DNA from: a virus
DNA length: 64,000 nucleotides
IMG/VR virus record: IMGVR_UViG_3300009194_000008
Span: 34,859 to 98,858 of that record
Strand: one strand, 5' to 3'
The position numbers and the translations under genes were made by a program. Below the pieces are notes generated by a model. The model ran no database searches and was not told the DNA's origin. It saw only the letters and a list, made by a program, of their open reading frames with translations. Each line of letters begins with the position of its first letter. Position 1 is the first letter of the stretch. This document shows, piece after piece, positions 54,502 to 64,000 of this stretch.

Positions 54502-55227
54502 TTACGTCCTCAACAATGATTCAATACGTTCCACCCGCTCACTGGGGTTGACCAGGGCTGACGAGATACTATCCCCAAAATACGCCCCGATGAGCTTACT
54601 GGTGGTGTCAGAAGTGTTATAAATCACACTACGGAACGGCACGACTTTCGGTGGGATCTTCTCCACGTCGGCCGGTTTAAAGATCACATGACGGTAGAGT
54701 CGCATGATGTCTTGTGGGTCACGGGCAATCGTGGACATGATCAGGTCCAGTACCGCGCGGTTACCCAAGTTGATTCCGGCATGGAGCTCAGCGGTTTCAA
54801 ACAACCGTGCCAGATCGAAATAGTTCAGGTACCAAGGAATACGTCCCTTGGCAATGAACTCATCGTAGATGTAGTAGGTGATCGTGTCGTTCTTCACCAG
54901 ATCGGTAGAATAGAAGACTTGATCACCTGCGGCAAAGTGGAATTCCAAATACGTCGTGCCGTCAATCTCCACGGTTTCGGTACTGGCTGGAAGAATCCGC
55001 ATCATCGCATTGGTCAGTGATACCGCGTACACACTGTCGTCCATGATGATGGCAAAGATGCCGAGGATATGCACCTCGGCACCAATGCTGGCCAGATGAC
55101 GTCCCAGGTACCGCTCGGGTACCTGGATTTTGCACGCCTTGGTCGTGAAGAGCCCACCATCTTCCTGCTCTTTCAGGTGGGTATTGACAGCCGCCGCATC
55201 ACGCCGATACGGTTGCGTCATCCTCAA
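54502..55227 (-). CDS. Conserved jumbo-phage protein (phiKZ gp176-like)
   Basis: G.IPWY..Y.D...LF; KL.GAYF...I.SAL; synteny between protease and RNAP. Confidence 0.55.
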   Translation of the reverse strand: MRMTQPYRRDAAAVNTHLKEQEDGGLFTTKACKIQVPERYLGRHLASIGAEVHILGIFAIIMDDSVYAVSLTNAMMRILPASTETVEIDGTTYLEFHFAAGDQVFYSTDLVKNDTITYYIYDEFIAKGRIPWYLNYFDLARLFETAELHAGINLGNRAVLDLIMSTIARDPQDIMRLYRHVIFKPADVEKIPPKVVPFRSVIYNTSDTTSKLIGAYFGDSISSALVNPSERVERIESLLRT

Positions 55228-56857
55228 CTGCCTCCTGCTTGGCCTCGTCAGCCTCTTCAGACTCGACGATGTCCTCTTCTTCAGTGGTCACGTCCGAGGC
55301 TTCTTCCGCCACCGGAGACTCGGGCTCAACTTCAGCGGCCGGATTCTCCTCCGGGACCACTTCGCTGCCCTCATCGTGGTTACGGATGTCTTCCACGAAG
55401 CTCTCGCTACGGATCTGCTTGACCAGCCACTGGGCGGTCATCTCGACAGTCGCCAGCGTGGCCAGTTCACGTGCCGGCATGTCAGGATGAGTCTTGGTGA
55501 TCCGATCCATGGACAGCAGGAACTCCCGATACGGCGTGTTCGGGTAGTAGACGTTACACACCAGCGCGGTGATGGTGCGCCACGGATCGTCCAGGTCATC
55601 CTCACGGAGGGCCTTGACTTCGCGGGTTACTCGAGTGACGAGTTCGTTGTAACCGATTTCCGGAAGACTGCCCGCGGCTTCGTCCTCGGCATCGTCCCCA
55701 GTAGGACGATGAATAAGTAGAGTGCGCAGAGTGTCACGGCGTTTACTGAGGTAGCGATCCAGTGCGGCTTGACGCAGCAAATAGTGTTTACGATCCCATT
55801 GGGTCTCAAGGTCTTCCTTGACCGCATCCAGATCCTTGGCCGCGAGGCGGGTCGGGGCCATGACTGCCGCACCCAACAGTTGCTTGACACTACCACCGGC
55901 TTCCAGCCAGTCAGCGTAGACGTCACCGTTGGCCCACACCGTCACGGACTGACCTTCGTTCTGCTTCTCCACATCGTAGCGGAACACCACACGCTTTTGC
56001 TGGCGGGCGCGAGCACGGAACTGATAGGCCTGACACAGCAGGGAACCGAACAGGGTATGCAGCTGTCCCAGGGCACCTTCCCACTCGTCGATCGAGACGG
56101 ACTCACCCGCGACATCCTGCGGCTCATGACACAGGTAGGCAGTCAGGAAGTAAGCCACCAGCAGACGGTCAGTGGTAAACGGCAGCTTACCGCGGTTGGC
56201 CATGGGTAGATCAGACGGGTGGAGTTCGCGACGATCCCCAAACAGCTCGTACCAGGTAATCCGCAGTTCTTCCTCTTGGTCCTGAAGGCTGGCCAGCCAC
56301 TCGGCAGTCTCTTGACCGTCAACGTGCTTGTTGGCCGTGATCCACTCGATCAGGGTTTCCATGGACGGGCAGTCCATGATGAACGTGCGATAGCTATCCC
56401 GCTGACGAACGTTACAGTACTGCTCCAGGATGTGGGTCGACAGTGATGCATCTTCATGGATCGAATGAAAGACGAACGGCTTGACTTCCAGTTTCGGGAC
56501 ACGGCTGTGCTCACCGATCTGATCGTACGCCGCCTTGATGGTCTTGCAGAACGGGACCACGACACCGCGTACGGTCTTGAGCATGCGACCCAGGCCTTGG
56601 GCCATCAGCGTGGTGAGTTCGTCGAACTCTTCCGCTTCACGCTCACCGACAACTTCATTGGAACGACGGACCAGGTCATTGAGAGCCATGGCCCGGTCAT
56701 TGGTCAGTTGCTTGTAATCCGGATCGACCGCGGCACGGATGTGACCCGCCATGATACCCACCGGGTAATGATCGGACTTGGGTGCCAGGACCAGGTTGTA
56801 CTCGGTCAGGGCACGGGCTACCGGGGCTGCCACCGACAGCGTAGGACGCTTCAACAT
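55199..56857 (-). CDS. Conserved jumbo-phage protein (phiKZ gp177-like)
   Basis: Long ORF in the conserved protease-RNAP block; acidic tail. Confidence 0.55.
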   Translation of the reverse strand: MLKRPTLSVAAPVARALTEYNLVLAPKSDHYPVGIMAGHIRAAVDPDYKQLTNDRAMALNDLVRRSNEVVGEREAEEFDELTTLMAQGLGRMLKTVRGVVVPFCKTIKAAYDQIGEHSRVPKLEVKPFVFHSIHEDASLSTHILEQYCNVRQRDSYRTFIMDCPSMETLIEWITANKHVDGQETAEWLASLQDQEEELRITWYELFGDRRELHPSDLPMANRGKLPFTTDRLLVAYFLTAYLCHEPQDVAGESVSIDEWEGALGQLHTLFGSLLCQAYQFRARARQQKRVVFRYDVEKQNEGQSVTVWANGDVYADWLEAGGSVKQLLGAAVMAPTRLAAKDLDAVKEDLETQWDRKHYLLRQAALDRYLSKRRDTLRTLLIHRPTGDDAEDEAAGSLPEIGYNELVTRVTREVKALREDDLDDPWRTITALVCNVYYPNTPYREFLLSMDRITKTHPDMPARELATLATVEMTAQWLVKQIRSESFVEDIRNHDEGSEVVPEENPAAEVEPESPVAEEASDVTTEEEDIVESEEADEAKQEAVEDDATVSA

Positions 56858-56869
56858 GATAATCTCTCC

Positions 56870-57070
56870 TTAGGCGCCGAGGGCTTTAGCCATCCGAGAA
56901 GCCAGCAGCTCCTGGACGTCACGGGTATTTTGTTGCTCACCTTGCAGATGAGTGGAGATTTCCTCCCCACCCATGACTTTCTGCAGGGCCTGTTCACCTA
57001 GGGCGAGGGCACCTGACAACACGGCCAGGTTCTCGGCGTAGGCAGTATTAGGACTCTGGGGCTTTGACAT
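56870..57070 (-). CDS. Small hypothetical protein
   Basis: GAGGAG RBS within the RNAP gene end; fills the gap. Confidence 0.55.
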   Translation of the reverse strand: MSKPQSPNTAYAENLAVLSGALALGEQALQKVMGGEEISTHLQGEQQNTRDVQELLASRMAKALGA

Positions 57071-59630
57071 CTTTCTCTCCTCGATATACAGCGGCTACGT
57101 GTTGGGATAGTACCCGGAGCAGGGTGTTGGTGGTGCCCATCAGTTTCGGGGACAGCACCATCCGGTCTTCGATACTGGTGTTGCCAAAGATCGCATCCAA
57201 CGGCTCACCGGTGTCGGTGGTATTCTCGCCGACCATGACCCGTGAGAACACGGTTTTCATCTGGTTGGCAAAGACCCCCTTGTCACCGGTACCGGCTGCC
57301 ACATCATGGTCGATGTAGACCTGAATGGCTAGGGTGTCGGGAGCGAGGGCGTTACCACGGATACGGAAGCTGGTATCCACCTGTCCTGTAAAGGCAGGAC
57401 GACCTAAGGCTTTAGCGTGGCGTTTGCGTTCACGGTCCGATTGGGCTGCCAATTCCTGTAAAGAGGGGGACAGTTCCTCGAATTCACCGTGATAGAAACA
57501 TTCCACACGACTTACGGTTCCGGTCAATTTCGCCCGGGGTGTCATGGCAGACAGACGCCGTAGGGTATCCATGGCAGCATCGTCGAATAGCGGATTGTCG
57601 GCCGTCTCCGGATCTTCAATCGTACATAGGATTGTCTCCAGGTCGACGTGATCGCCTTCCTTGACCAGTCCACTGACACTTTGATCGAAGCGCACTTCAA
57701 TCGTGCGTACCTCGGTCGTCTGGGTGGTCATCTTTTCTGCGGTCTCTTGTGAGATCGCCGAGCCATCTTCCAGCGTGTCGATATTGTCGATCAATGCAGT
57801 TCGACACATGACCCCGGCTTTCCATACCACCTGACCGGGATTGAACGTATCGGGCGTAAAGAACTTCTTGTTGTACGCCAACACATCCCCGGTCTTGACC
57901 TTATCCCCTTTCGAGAAATCGGTCACCACCTCATGGGGGTAGGTGACACCTGCGGCATTACCAAACCGCTTGCCCAGTGCCACTCGGGTCTCCGACCCGT
58001 CCTTATGACGGATCACCAGAGAACGCTTGGTGACCTCGACCACTTCCCCATCGGCTTCTGCAGTCGCGGCAAACAGATCGGTGGTGCGGTGGGCTAGTAC
58101 CTGCTCGTAACCGGTCCGCAGCGGGGTCGGTTCGTAGCCGTTGGCAAACACACCCTGAGACTGCTGGATCGCGATAAAGTTGATACGTTTGGCATCATCG
58201 TGATCGGCACAGGGGGCATTCAACGTACTGGACGACAGCAGGCGCGTCGGTCCATCACGCTCCTTATCGAACGGACGGGTGATTCCCCGCAGGTTGGTGA
58301 AGTTGGCATCGGGTGACATGTACGCCACTACCCCGACGTCACCGGAGTCCACGGTAGACTCACTGACCACCCCTACATCAGACGGATGGTATTTACGCGT
58401 CCGCTCCACCATCGACTTACCACCACGACCCCCATCACCCCGGTAGGTCATGACTTCCTGCTCCCGCACATTGGCAAAGGGATTGGATTCCTCCACTGGG
58501 GCCACTGCCGGGTCCTGAACCACCTTCTGCCAGACAGCGTGGGGATTTAACTCTACGGCGTTGTCGCCCATGCCCGCTTTGGCATTGAAGGTCTTCGCCG
58601 CCCGTGAGAGCTCCCCATACACCATCCCGGCAAACCGCTCATAGCCACGATAGCGCATGTACGCCCCATCCACCTCTTCAGGGGAGAAGTCAGTCTGCAG
58701 CAGCTCCACCGACCGAATGAGCAGCGGGAAGAACTCAGTGGGTTCACCCATCTCATCCAGCAGACCCCGGGTAATCGGATCGACCCAGGCCTGGAACAGG
58801 GTATCGATCTCACGCAGGTACCGTACCCCCAGACCACTGTCTTCCAACAGCCGGTAGTAGACGTCCTTTTGATCGAAGTCCCAGACACTGAACTCCTTGA
58901 GTGCCCGGTGATACCGATTAAGCCCGGCGAGGATCATGGTCGCCCGACGATCCAGACGCGAACACACCAGCACCTCATCCTGGAACACCAGACGATATTC
59001 ATCCGACTGTAGGGGAACACGCTCGCCCCGCTTGAGACGGGTAACATCCGCCCCCAGTCGCCGCAACAGTTCCGACAGACCCAGGTGGTAAGCCATGACA
59101 AACCCGACCGGTAAGGTCTTGTTAGCCACCGACATTTCTGCCACTTCAATCGGGGCTTTGCTGGGGTCAATGCCCAGCAGGTCATGGATGGTACCCGCGA
59201 CTTCGGTTCCTTCATCCGTCACCACGTAGAAGGTGTCGTTGTAATCCACCAGTAGCGGTTGATTACGATAGCGACCAATCACCACCAGTGACTCAGTTTC
59301 ATGGTCGGCCACATCGAAGCCCGCGGTGGTCTGGAAATGTTCCTGACGTTGCGGGTGGTCCAGATAGAAGTGATAGTTGCCGGCAGTGAACGAGCGCATC
59401 CGAGTGGACAGCAGCGAGTACATCCGCGGTAACCGACGGGTTTGCTCGAACACGTTGGACAAACGCAGATTGGTGATCTGTTCGTTCTCGTTGTCCAGGC
59501 CCCGCTCCACAATCTCCCCGGTCAACCAGCGACCGTAGTCGTTGGCGACTCGATCACTGCGATCCACAAACGTCTTGTTGTAGTACGACGTCAGGGCCAC
59601 CCGAGTGGGCTTGACCTTACGAATCGGTTG
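57048..59630 (-). CDS. Virion RNA polymerase beta-like subunit (phiKZ gp178-like), exon 2
   Basis: PIRKV, R.YHPSD.G..SE.T.DSG.VG, HDD.KR, EDG..IS, GDK...NQ.K, D.IF...S...R beta motifs. Confidence 0.88.
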   Translation of the reverse strand, partial: QPIRKVKPTRVALTSYYNKTFVDRSDRVANDYGRWLTGEIVERGLDNENEQITNLRLSNVFEQTRRLPRMYSLLSTRMRSFTAGNYHFYLDHPQRQEHFQTTAGFDVADHETESLVVIGRYRNQPLLVDYNDTFYVVTDEGTEVAGTIHDLLGIDPSKAPIEVAEMSVANKTLPVGFVMAYHLGLSELLRRLGADVTRLKRGERVPLQSDEYRLVFQDEVLVCSRLDRRATMILAGLNRYHRALKEFSVWDFDQKDVYYRLLEDSGLGVRYLREIDTLFQAWVDPITRGLLDEMGEPTEFFPLLIRSVELLQTDFSPEEVDGAYMRYRGYERFAGMVYGELSRAAKTFNAKAGMGDNAVELNPHAVWQKVVQDPAVAPVEESNPFANVREQEVMTYRGDGGRGGKSMVERTRKYHPSDVGVVSESTVDSGDVGVVAYMSPDANFTNLRGITRPFDKERDGPTRLLSSSTLNAPCADHDDAKRINFIAIQQSQGVFANGYEPTPLRTGYEQVLAHRTTDLFAATAEADGEVVEVTKRSLVIRHKDGSETRVALGKRFGNAAGVTYPHEVVTDFSKGDKVKTGDVLAYNKKFFTPDTFNPGQVVWKAGVMCRTALIDNIDTLEDGSAISQETAEKMTTQTTEVRTIEVRFDQSVSGLVKEGDHVDLETILCTIEDPETADNPLFDDAAMDTLRRLSAMTPRAKLTGTVSRVECFYHGEFEELSPSLQELAAQSDRERKRHAKALGRPAFTGQVDTSFRIRGNALAPDTLAIQVYIDHDVAAGTGDKGVFANQMKTVFSRVMVGENTTDTGEPLDAIFGNTSIEDRMVLSPKLMGTTNTLLRVLSQHVAAVYRGEKDVKAPES

Positions 59631-61193
59631 CATCCCGATTCAAAAATGGACCATATCTTCATCCGCCGACCTGAATCGGGTAGGATGCCTGCCGTTTCGG
59701 TATCCTAGGATACCTACTCTACTCGCTTTAATTACCCGGAAGGTAACCACCCGACTTTATACGGGTGTCATTAACCGTGCGTGTGTATACACGGTGTAGC
59801 TTTCGATGGCCTCTGAACACATCCCATAGCTAACGCCTTAGGGACTTCGCTGCGCCGGTTGTGTCTCTCAGTGACGTTTTTACCATGCCCACCACTTCCA
59901 TTACTGGGGTGGGTGTTACAATCAGTTTCCTGTTGTAAGTGGTAGTCACTGACATTAATGACAGTTTCCCGCATTTAGACAGGTTTTCTTGTAGAACATT
60001 TCTGTCCTACGCGGACCATTTATTAGTAATGGTCAGGTTCTCATCGAAGACATGTCCAATCACCCGTAGTACATTTTCGAGCACGATTTCTATGCCATCA
60101 CCCGCCGCTAACCAGTAACCTATTGTTAAAAGCGGGTAGCCGTGCTTTTGTGCAAGGGTTTTCTTGACGATGTCGTTCCTGTAAGTTTCCTTAAAATACT
60201 TTTTGCCTCCAAAGAGTTCTACTGGCATGAAATGCTGTTGTCCCTGGTATTCAATAAGAATTCCATGATCAACGAGGAAGAAATCATAGCGGTATCGATG
60301 GGTGGGTAGTTTATACTCTTGGACATAGTTAATTCCATGTTTTTCCAAGAATACCCGCACTCGAGTCTCGCCTTTTGATTCTTTGCAACGTGGACACCCA
60401 GCATTTGACGAAGTATGGCCGTTCGGTGTTACCCAGAACACGCCGTGTTCGTCACAAAGTATCTCTACTTTGTCTTTGTTCGTATGGTAGACCACTTTCC
60501 GGTAATCGTACCGGTCACCGTGGACTTCCCGGGCCTGCTTAATGAACTCTTCTTTATTTGACCGGTTTCGGTCAAGGTAGCACTGTTTACACCCACTACC
60601 GCCGGAATGGACTCTTGGTTTCTGGCGAAAAGAACCGTGAGTCGGACAAACGATAGTGATCAAGGAATCGGCGGTTTTATATTCCACCTGAGAGTAGTCG
60701 TAAAAGTCCCCATGTATCTCACGCGCTTGACGCACAAAATCTTCAGTACTTAAACGATCATTATCTCGAAAGCAGTAACCACATCCCACTTGCTTACTGT
60801 AGTGTTCATATGGCTTAACCATGAATTCGCCATGGGTCGGGCAGATAACACCAACTTTAGTTGTCGAATTAACAAAATCGACATTGCTGTAATCATACCG
60901 ATCGCCATGAACTGCTTTTGCTTTTTCGAGAAACTCTTCCTTGGTTAGAATGTTACCACATCGTTTGCATCCGTTTACGGAACGCAGGAAGTGTTGTGGA
61001 CAAACCTCAAAATCACCATGTTTTGGGCAGGTGATAATCACTTTATTGCGTTTCGTTGTGTAAACAGTTTTGTCGTATCGGAACTTGGAACCGTGCCGCC
61101 GTCGGGCACGTTCAATATAATTGCTCGATGAGATCCTTTTATTTGCCATTACTAACCCCACAATGGAAGAACTATACCATTGTAGGACTTTTA
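59631..61193 (-). mobile_element. Group I intron (IA-like) in the vRNAP beta gene
   Basis: P1 GGAU/uaaaa/GUCC with U-G at the splice site; P AAAUGCGGGAAA; R GUUCAGAGGCCA; S AAGAUAUGGUCC; P3 CCUGUC/GGCAGG; terminal G; splicing joins ...QRAD|QPIRK in frame. Confidence 0.9.
60007..61149 (-). CDS. Intron-encoded homing endonuclease (Zn-finger repeats + Vsr/EDxHD-like nuclease)
   Basis: Four Y.Y..V.Y......I.C..HG.F...P..H....GC..C repeats; C-terminal SKGE...YDF....ILIEYQG.QH. Confidence 0.85.
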   Translation of the reverse strand: MANKRISSSNYIERARRRHGSKFRYDKTVYTTKRNKVIITCPKHGDFEVCPQHFLRSVNGCKRCGNILTKEEFLEKAKAVHGDRYDYSNVDFVNSTTKVGVICPTHGEFMVKPYEHYSKQVGCGYCFRDNDRLSTEDFVRQAREIHGDFYDYSQVEYKTADSLITIVCPTHGSFRQKPRVHSGGSGCKQCYLDRNRSNKEEFIKQAREVHGDRYDYRKVVYHTNKDKVEILCDEHGVFWVTPNGHTSSNAGCPRCKESKGETRVRVFLEKHGINYVQEYKLPTHRYRYDFFLVDHGILIEYQGQQHFMPVELFGGKKYFKETYRNDIVKKTLAQKHGYPLLTIGYWLAAGDGIEIVLENVLRVIGHVFDENLTITNKWSA

Positions 61194-62906
61194 ATCCGCC
61201 CGTTGCAGACGCATGCGGTAGGTCACGCCGTTGGAGACAAAACGTCCATCATCGTCTACTACTGGCAAACGGAAGCGCACGGTTGATTGACGACCGCGTA
61301 CCGGCTTCAGTGTCACCGTGTGGACTTCATAGTGGTTCATTGCATCATGAACCGTTTCGACGCTGTAGTCCTTGACCGATACCCCTTGTTGCTGGACCGA
61401 CATCACTGACGACACGATGTCCTTGTGCAGGACGTTACGCACGTAGCTGCGCTGAATGGTCTTCAGCTTGGATTGCAGCATGGACTTGTCAGGGATCGTA
61501 TCACGGTCCGGGAAAGACGGAACATCCGGAATCGCCAGATCCTCGGAGGTCAAGGTCAACATCTCTTCCATCGACTGACCTGAGCCATACGGATCCTTCA
61601 GTGACTTGTAGGTCTCAGCCTCGTCCACGGCCCGCAGGTAGGCCTTACCTGACATCAGTCCGACATCGTGCAATTCCCAAGCACGGGCTGCCACCCCAGC
61701 GGTCAACCGTTCATCCAGTCCGATGGGTTCTTCTTCGGTTAAATCCGATCCCGTTTCTTCGTTGGGTAAGGTAACGCCTTCTTCGGGTTCCTCATCCACT
61801 GTGACATTGGTGGTGAACGACGGCGGGGTCGTCAGTGACGGAGAGACCGGTTCGGGAAGCTCCAGACTGTCTTCCTCGAACATGGCCAGCAGGTCCAGGC
61901 CATCGTCGTTTACGTCTTCGTCTTTTGGTGTCTCCGGTAATCGCTCTTCCGGTTGACGGTCTGCCGGCTTTGGCGCGGCAGCGGGTGCTTTCTTACTGTC
62001 CGCGGCCGGTGACGTCCCGGTAGCCGATGTGGGTTGGTCGAGCTGCGTGGCACCTGATAACAGATCACGGAGTCCGTGAAGCAGCTTGAGGAAATGGCGT
62101 TGGAGTACGCTACCGCTAACACCGGTGTCCTGTTCGTCGTCCTGATCCTTCCGCCATTCATTGAGTTTCCCCAAGTTAATAACGAAGAAATACCCCTTCA
62201 GGCGTACCATGAAGTTCACGCTATCCAGGGTAGTGTCGGCGAGCTGGGCCAGAGAGGAGCGCTGACGGTCATCGGAGAGCCACAGCCAGAGATCCATCAG
62301 GTTCAGTTCCGCAGGCCCTGAGAAGGCTTGTAGGGTCTTCTGGTTGATGGTAGACTCGATCCGCTTGAACTCTTCGTACGTCGGAATCCGCTCCGGTAGG
62401 TGAAGATCCAGGTACTGGTTCCACTTGAACCGCTCGTGGGTACGTTCGACGTTAGCCCACACGGTCATGGCCACGTTCTTCCACCGAAAGTATTCCGCCT
62501 TGTATGACGGAATGTACCGGTAGAGGTGCGAGAGCATGGCATAGTTCTCGACCAGCACGTTACGGTTGTTGATGATCAGCGCTTGCTCTTTACGCAGGGG
62601 CTTGAACAGTCGGTTCTTACGGCGGTATTCGTTCTCCATCATGGTGGGGTTGAACACCGTGCGCCGTGGGGCACCTTCCAGATGGGTCAGTTCCTTGATA
62701 TGCTCAACAAACACCCGACCGTTAATATTGGCAAATAACGGGTCCTGGGGATTGGGGCCGTAACTGACCGTGTCGTCCGGCCAGTAATGGTAAATGGATT
62801 CAAAGGGAAGGACCAGTTTATCTACCGTGATCAACCGTGGCTTCATCAACTGCTGACGCTGACGAACCCCGGTCTGCCGGTAGAACATAGGTTGCTTCAA
62901 ACGCAT
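61194..62906 (-). CDS. Virion RNA polymerase beta-like subunit, exon 1
   Basis: Ends ...FRLPVVDDDGRFVSNGVTYRMRLQRAD at the intron 5' splice site; spliced product 1431 aa. Confidence 0.85.
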
Positions 62907-62927
62907 GATGCGGTATCCTATCGTGGA

Positions 62928-63998
62928 TTACATCGGCTCACCGGTCATGAACCGGAGCGACAGTTTCAAAGTATGGATATCGACACTAAACGCCAGACCA
63001 CCACCCGCCTTGATGTACGCCTTACGGGTTTTGAAATACCGCTCAGCTTCTTCACTGGCTTCGCGGGAGTAGACTGCGTTGTAGCTGATCGTATCGCCAT
63101 CAAAGTCAGCCCCTAAGGGTTCCAGGAAGGGGGATGGCACGGAGGTAGAGTCGTGATACTGGGGTGTCTCCCCTTCAATGAACCGGGGGTACTCCAACGC
63201 GATGGGGGCGTTAGGATCACGTTCAAAGGCGGCATCGAGGGGATAACGCATCTCCCCCACTACCGTGGTCTTGACGTAACTACGGGTGGGAATAGAGCTA
63301 AAAGCGTTCTCGACCGGATACCGGGTCACAAACGCATTGGTCGAGTACCAACTGCCCAGACCGACCAGATAGATCAGTTCCACGTACGTGATGGGCCGTA
63401 CCCATTTGGTATCAAACCCCTCGGGGACTTCATCGATACCCCGCAGTATCCGGTAGTTCTGTTGATCATCAACATACACCAGCGCCAGGTAGTGGTTCGC
63501 CACCATGATCGGCCGTGCCCGTTTCTCCGGTACCGACAATTCGTTAACCACCTTCTCCAGACCTTCGTCCGTTGCCCAGAGGTCCATGTCGTCGTTGGCG
63601 ATTTCGACCCAGGTCCGCTGTAACGTTTTGGGTTCTACCAACTCGACCATATTGGACGAGGACGAGAAGATGTCACCAACCACTGACGTCTTGAGGGCGT
63701 AGATCGTTTTGGGCAGGATTGACTTGGAGGCCTGATACAGTCCGATGACCGTGTCATTGAACCCAGGGCGGTTCGGCGCGTCCAGATCATCCGTGGTGTT
63801 ATCCAACGAGGACAGCACATTACGGGTACCGTTGAACACCCGACGCGATGCCCAGCGACTCTGGATAAACCCGCCTTTTCCCGAGATCAGGTTTTCGATG
63901 TACTCATAGATCGCCAGAATCCGCAGGGTCAGTGTGAAGCGGGTTCGGTCATAGATCGGGTAGTCCTGTTCGGTGATGCGGTCAGGAAAGTTACGCAC
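62928..63998 (-). CDS. Virion RNA polymerase beta'-like subunit (phiKZ gp180-like), 5'-truncated by window edge
   Basis: Catalytic GADFDGD motif; GK.G.I...W..R; TRYP. Confidence 0.9.
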   Translation of the reverse strand: MRNFPDRITEQDYPIYDRTRFTLTLRILAIYEYIENLISGKGGFIQSRWASRRVFNGTRNVLSSLDNTTDDLDAPNRPGFNDTVIGLYQASKSILPKTIYALKTSVVGDIFSSSSNMVELVEPKTLQRTWVEIANDDMDLWATDEGLEKVVNELSVPEKRARPIMVANHYLALVYVDDQQNYRILRGIDEVPEGFDTKWVRPITYVELIYLVGLGSWYSTNAFVTRYPVENAFSSIPTRSYVKTTVVGEMRYPLDAAFERDPNAPIALEYPRFIEGETPQYHDSTSVPSPFLEPLGADFDGDTISYNAVYSREASEEAERYFKTRKAYIKAGGGLAFSVDIHTLKLSLRFMTGEPM

Positions 63999-64000
63999 CA

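Noticed and set aside
59631-59633. ATG start of the 861-aa RNAP ORF
   Set aside because: The G of this ATG is the intron's terminal G; the ORF is exon 2 of a spliced gene
59771-59974. 67-aa ORF inside the intron
   Set aside because: It overlaps the structured ribozyme core (P4-P7); no coding evidence
1-64000. tRNA/rRNA genes, inteins, stop-codon reassignment
   Set aside because: None recognised by eye; genes are full-length under the standard code and intergenic gaps are short

Overview
This window looks like part of a phiKZ-like (Chimalliviridae-type) jumbo phage genome. Its acidic proteins suggest a possibly halophilic Gram-negative host. All assignments come from motif recognition and gene order, not database searches. 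From left to right it contains: (1) the 3' part of a portal-like gene; (2) a ~18 kb minus-strand tail-fibre/lysis region with six Mtd-N-type fibre/adaptor paralogues, a collagen-like protein, an S8 protease, two PG-binding/muramidase endolysins, spanins and RuvC; (3) an ~6.4 kb AT-richer cassette (20617-26976) with two radical SAM/SPASM enzymes, two 2OG-Fe(II) oxygenases, two unknown proteins and a P-loop protein, built around a 190-aa protein ending in CHSS-CHYS-CHSS-CHG; (4) two repeat-rich fibre genes, dUTPase, SbcC, baseplate and inner-head proteins, RNase H, UvsX and the head protease; (5) virion RNA polymerase subunits. The large beta-like subunit is interrupted by a group I intron (59631-61193) carrying a Zn-finger/Vsr-type homing endonuclease. 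The cassette in (3) is the best candidate for an undescribed system: a phage-encoded, RiPP-like post-translational modification pathway, possibly acting on a virion or fibre-associated protein. About 11 intergenic hairpins with a conserved G(G/A)CATAA / TTATG(C/T)C flank and a repeated TGACAATGGTATG promoter-like motif were also found.
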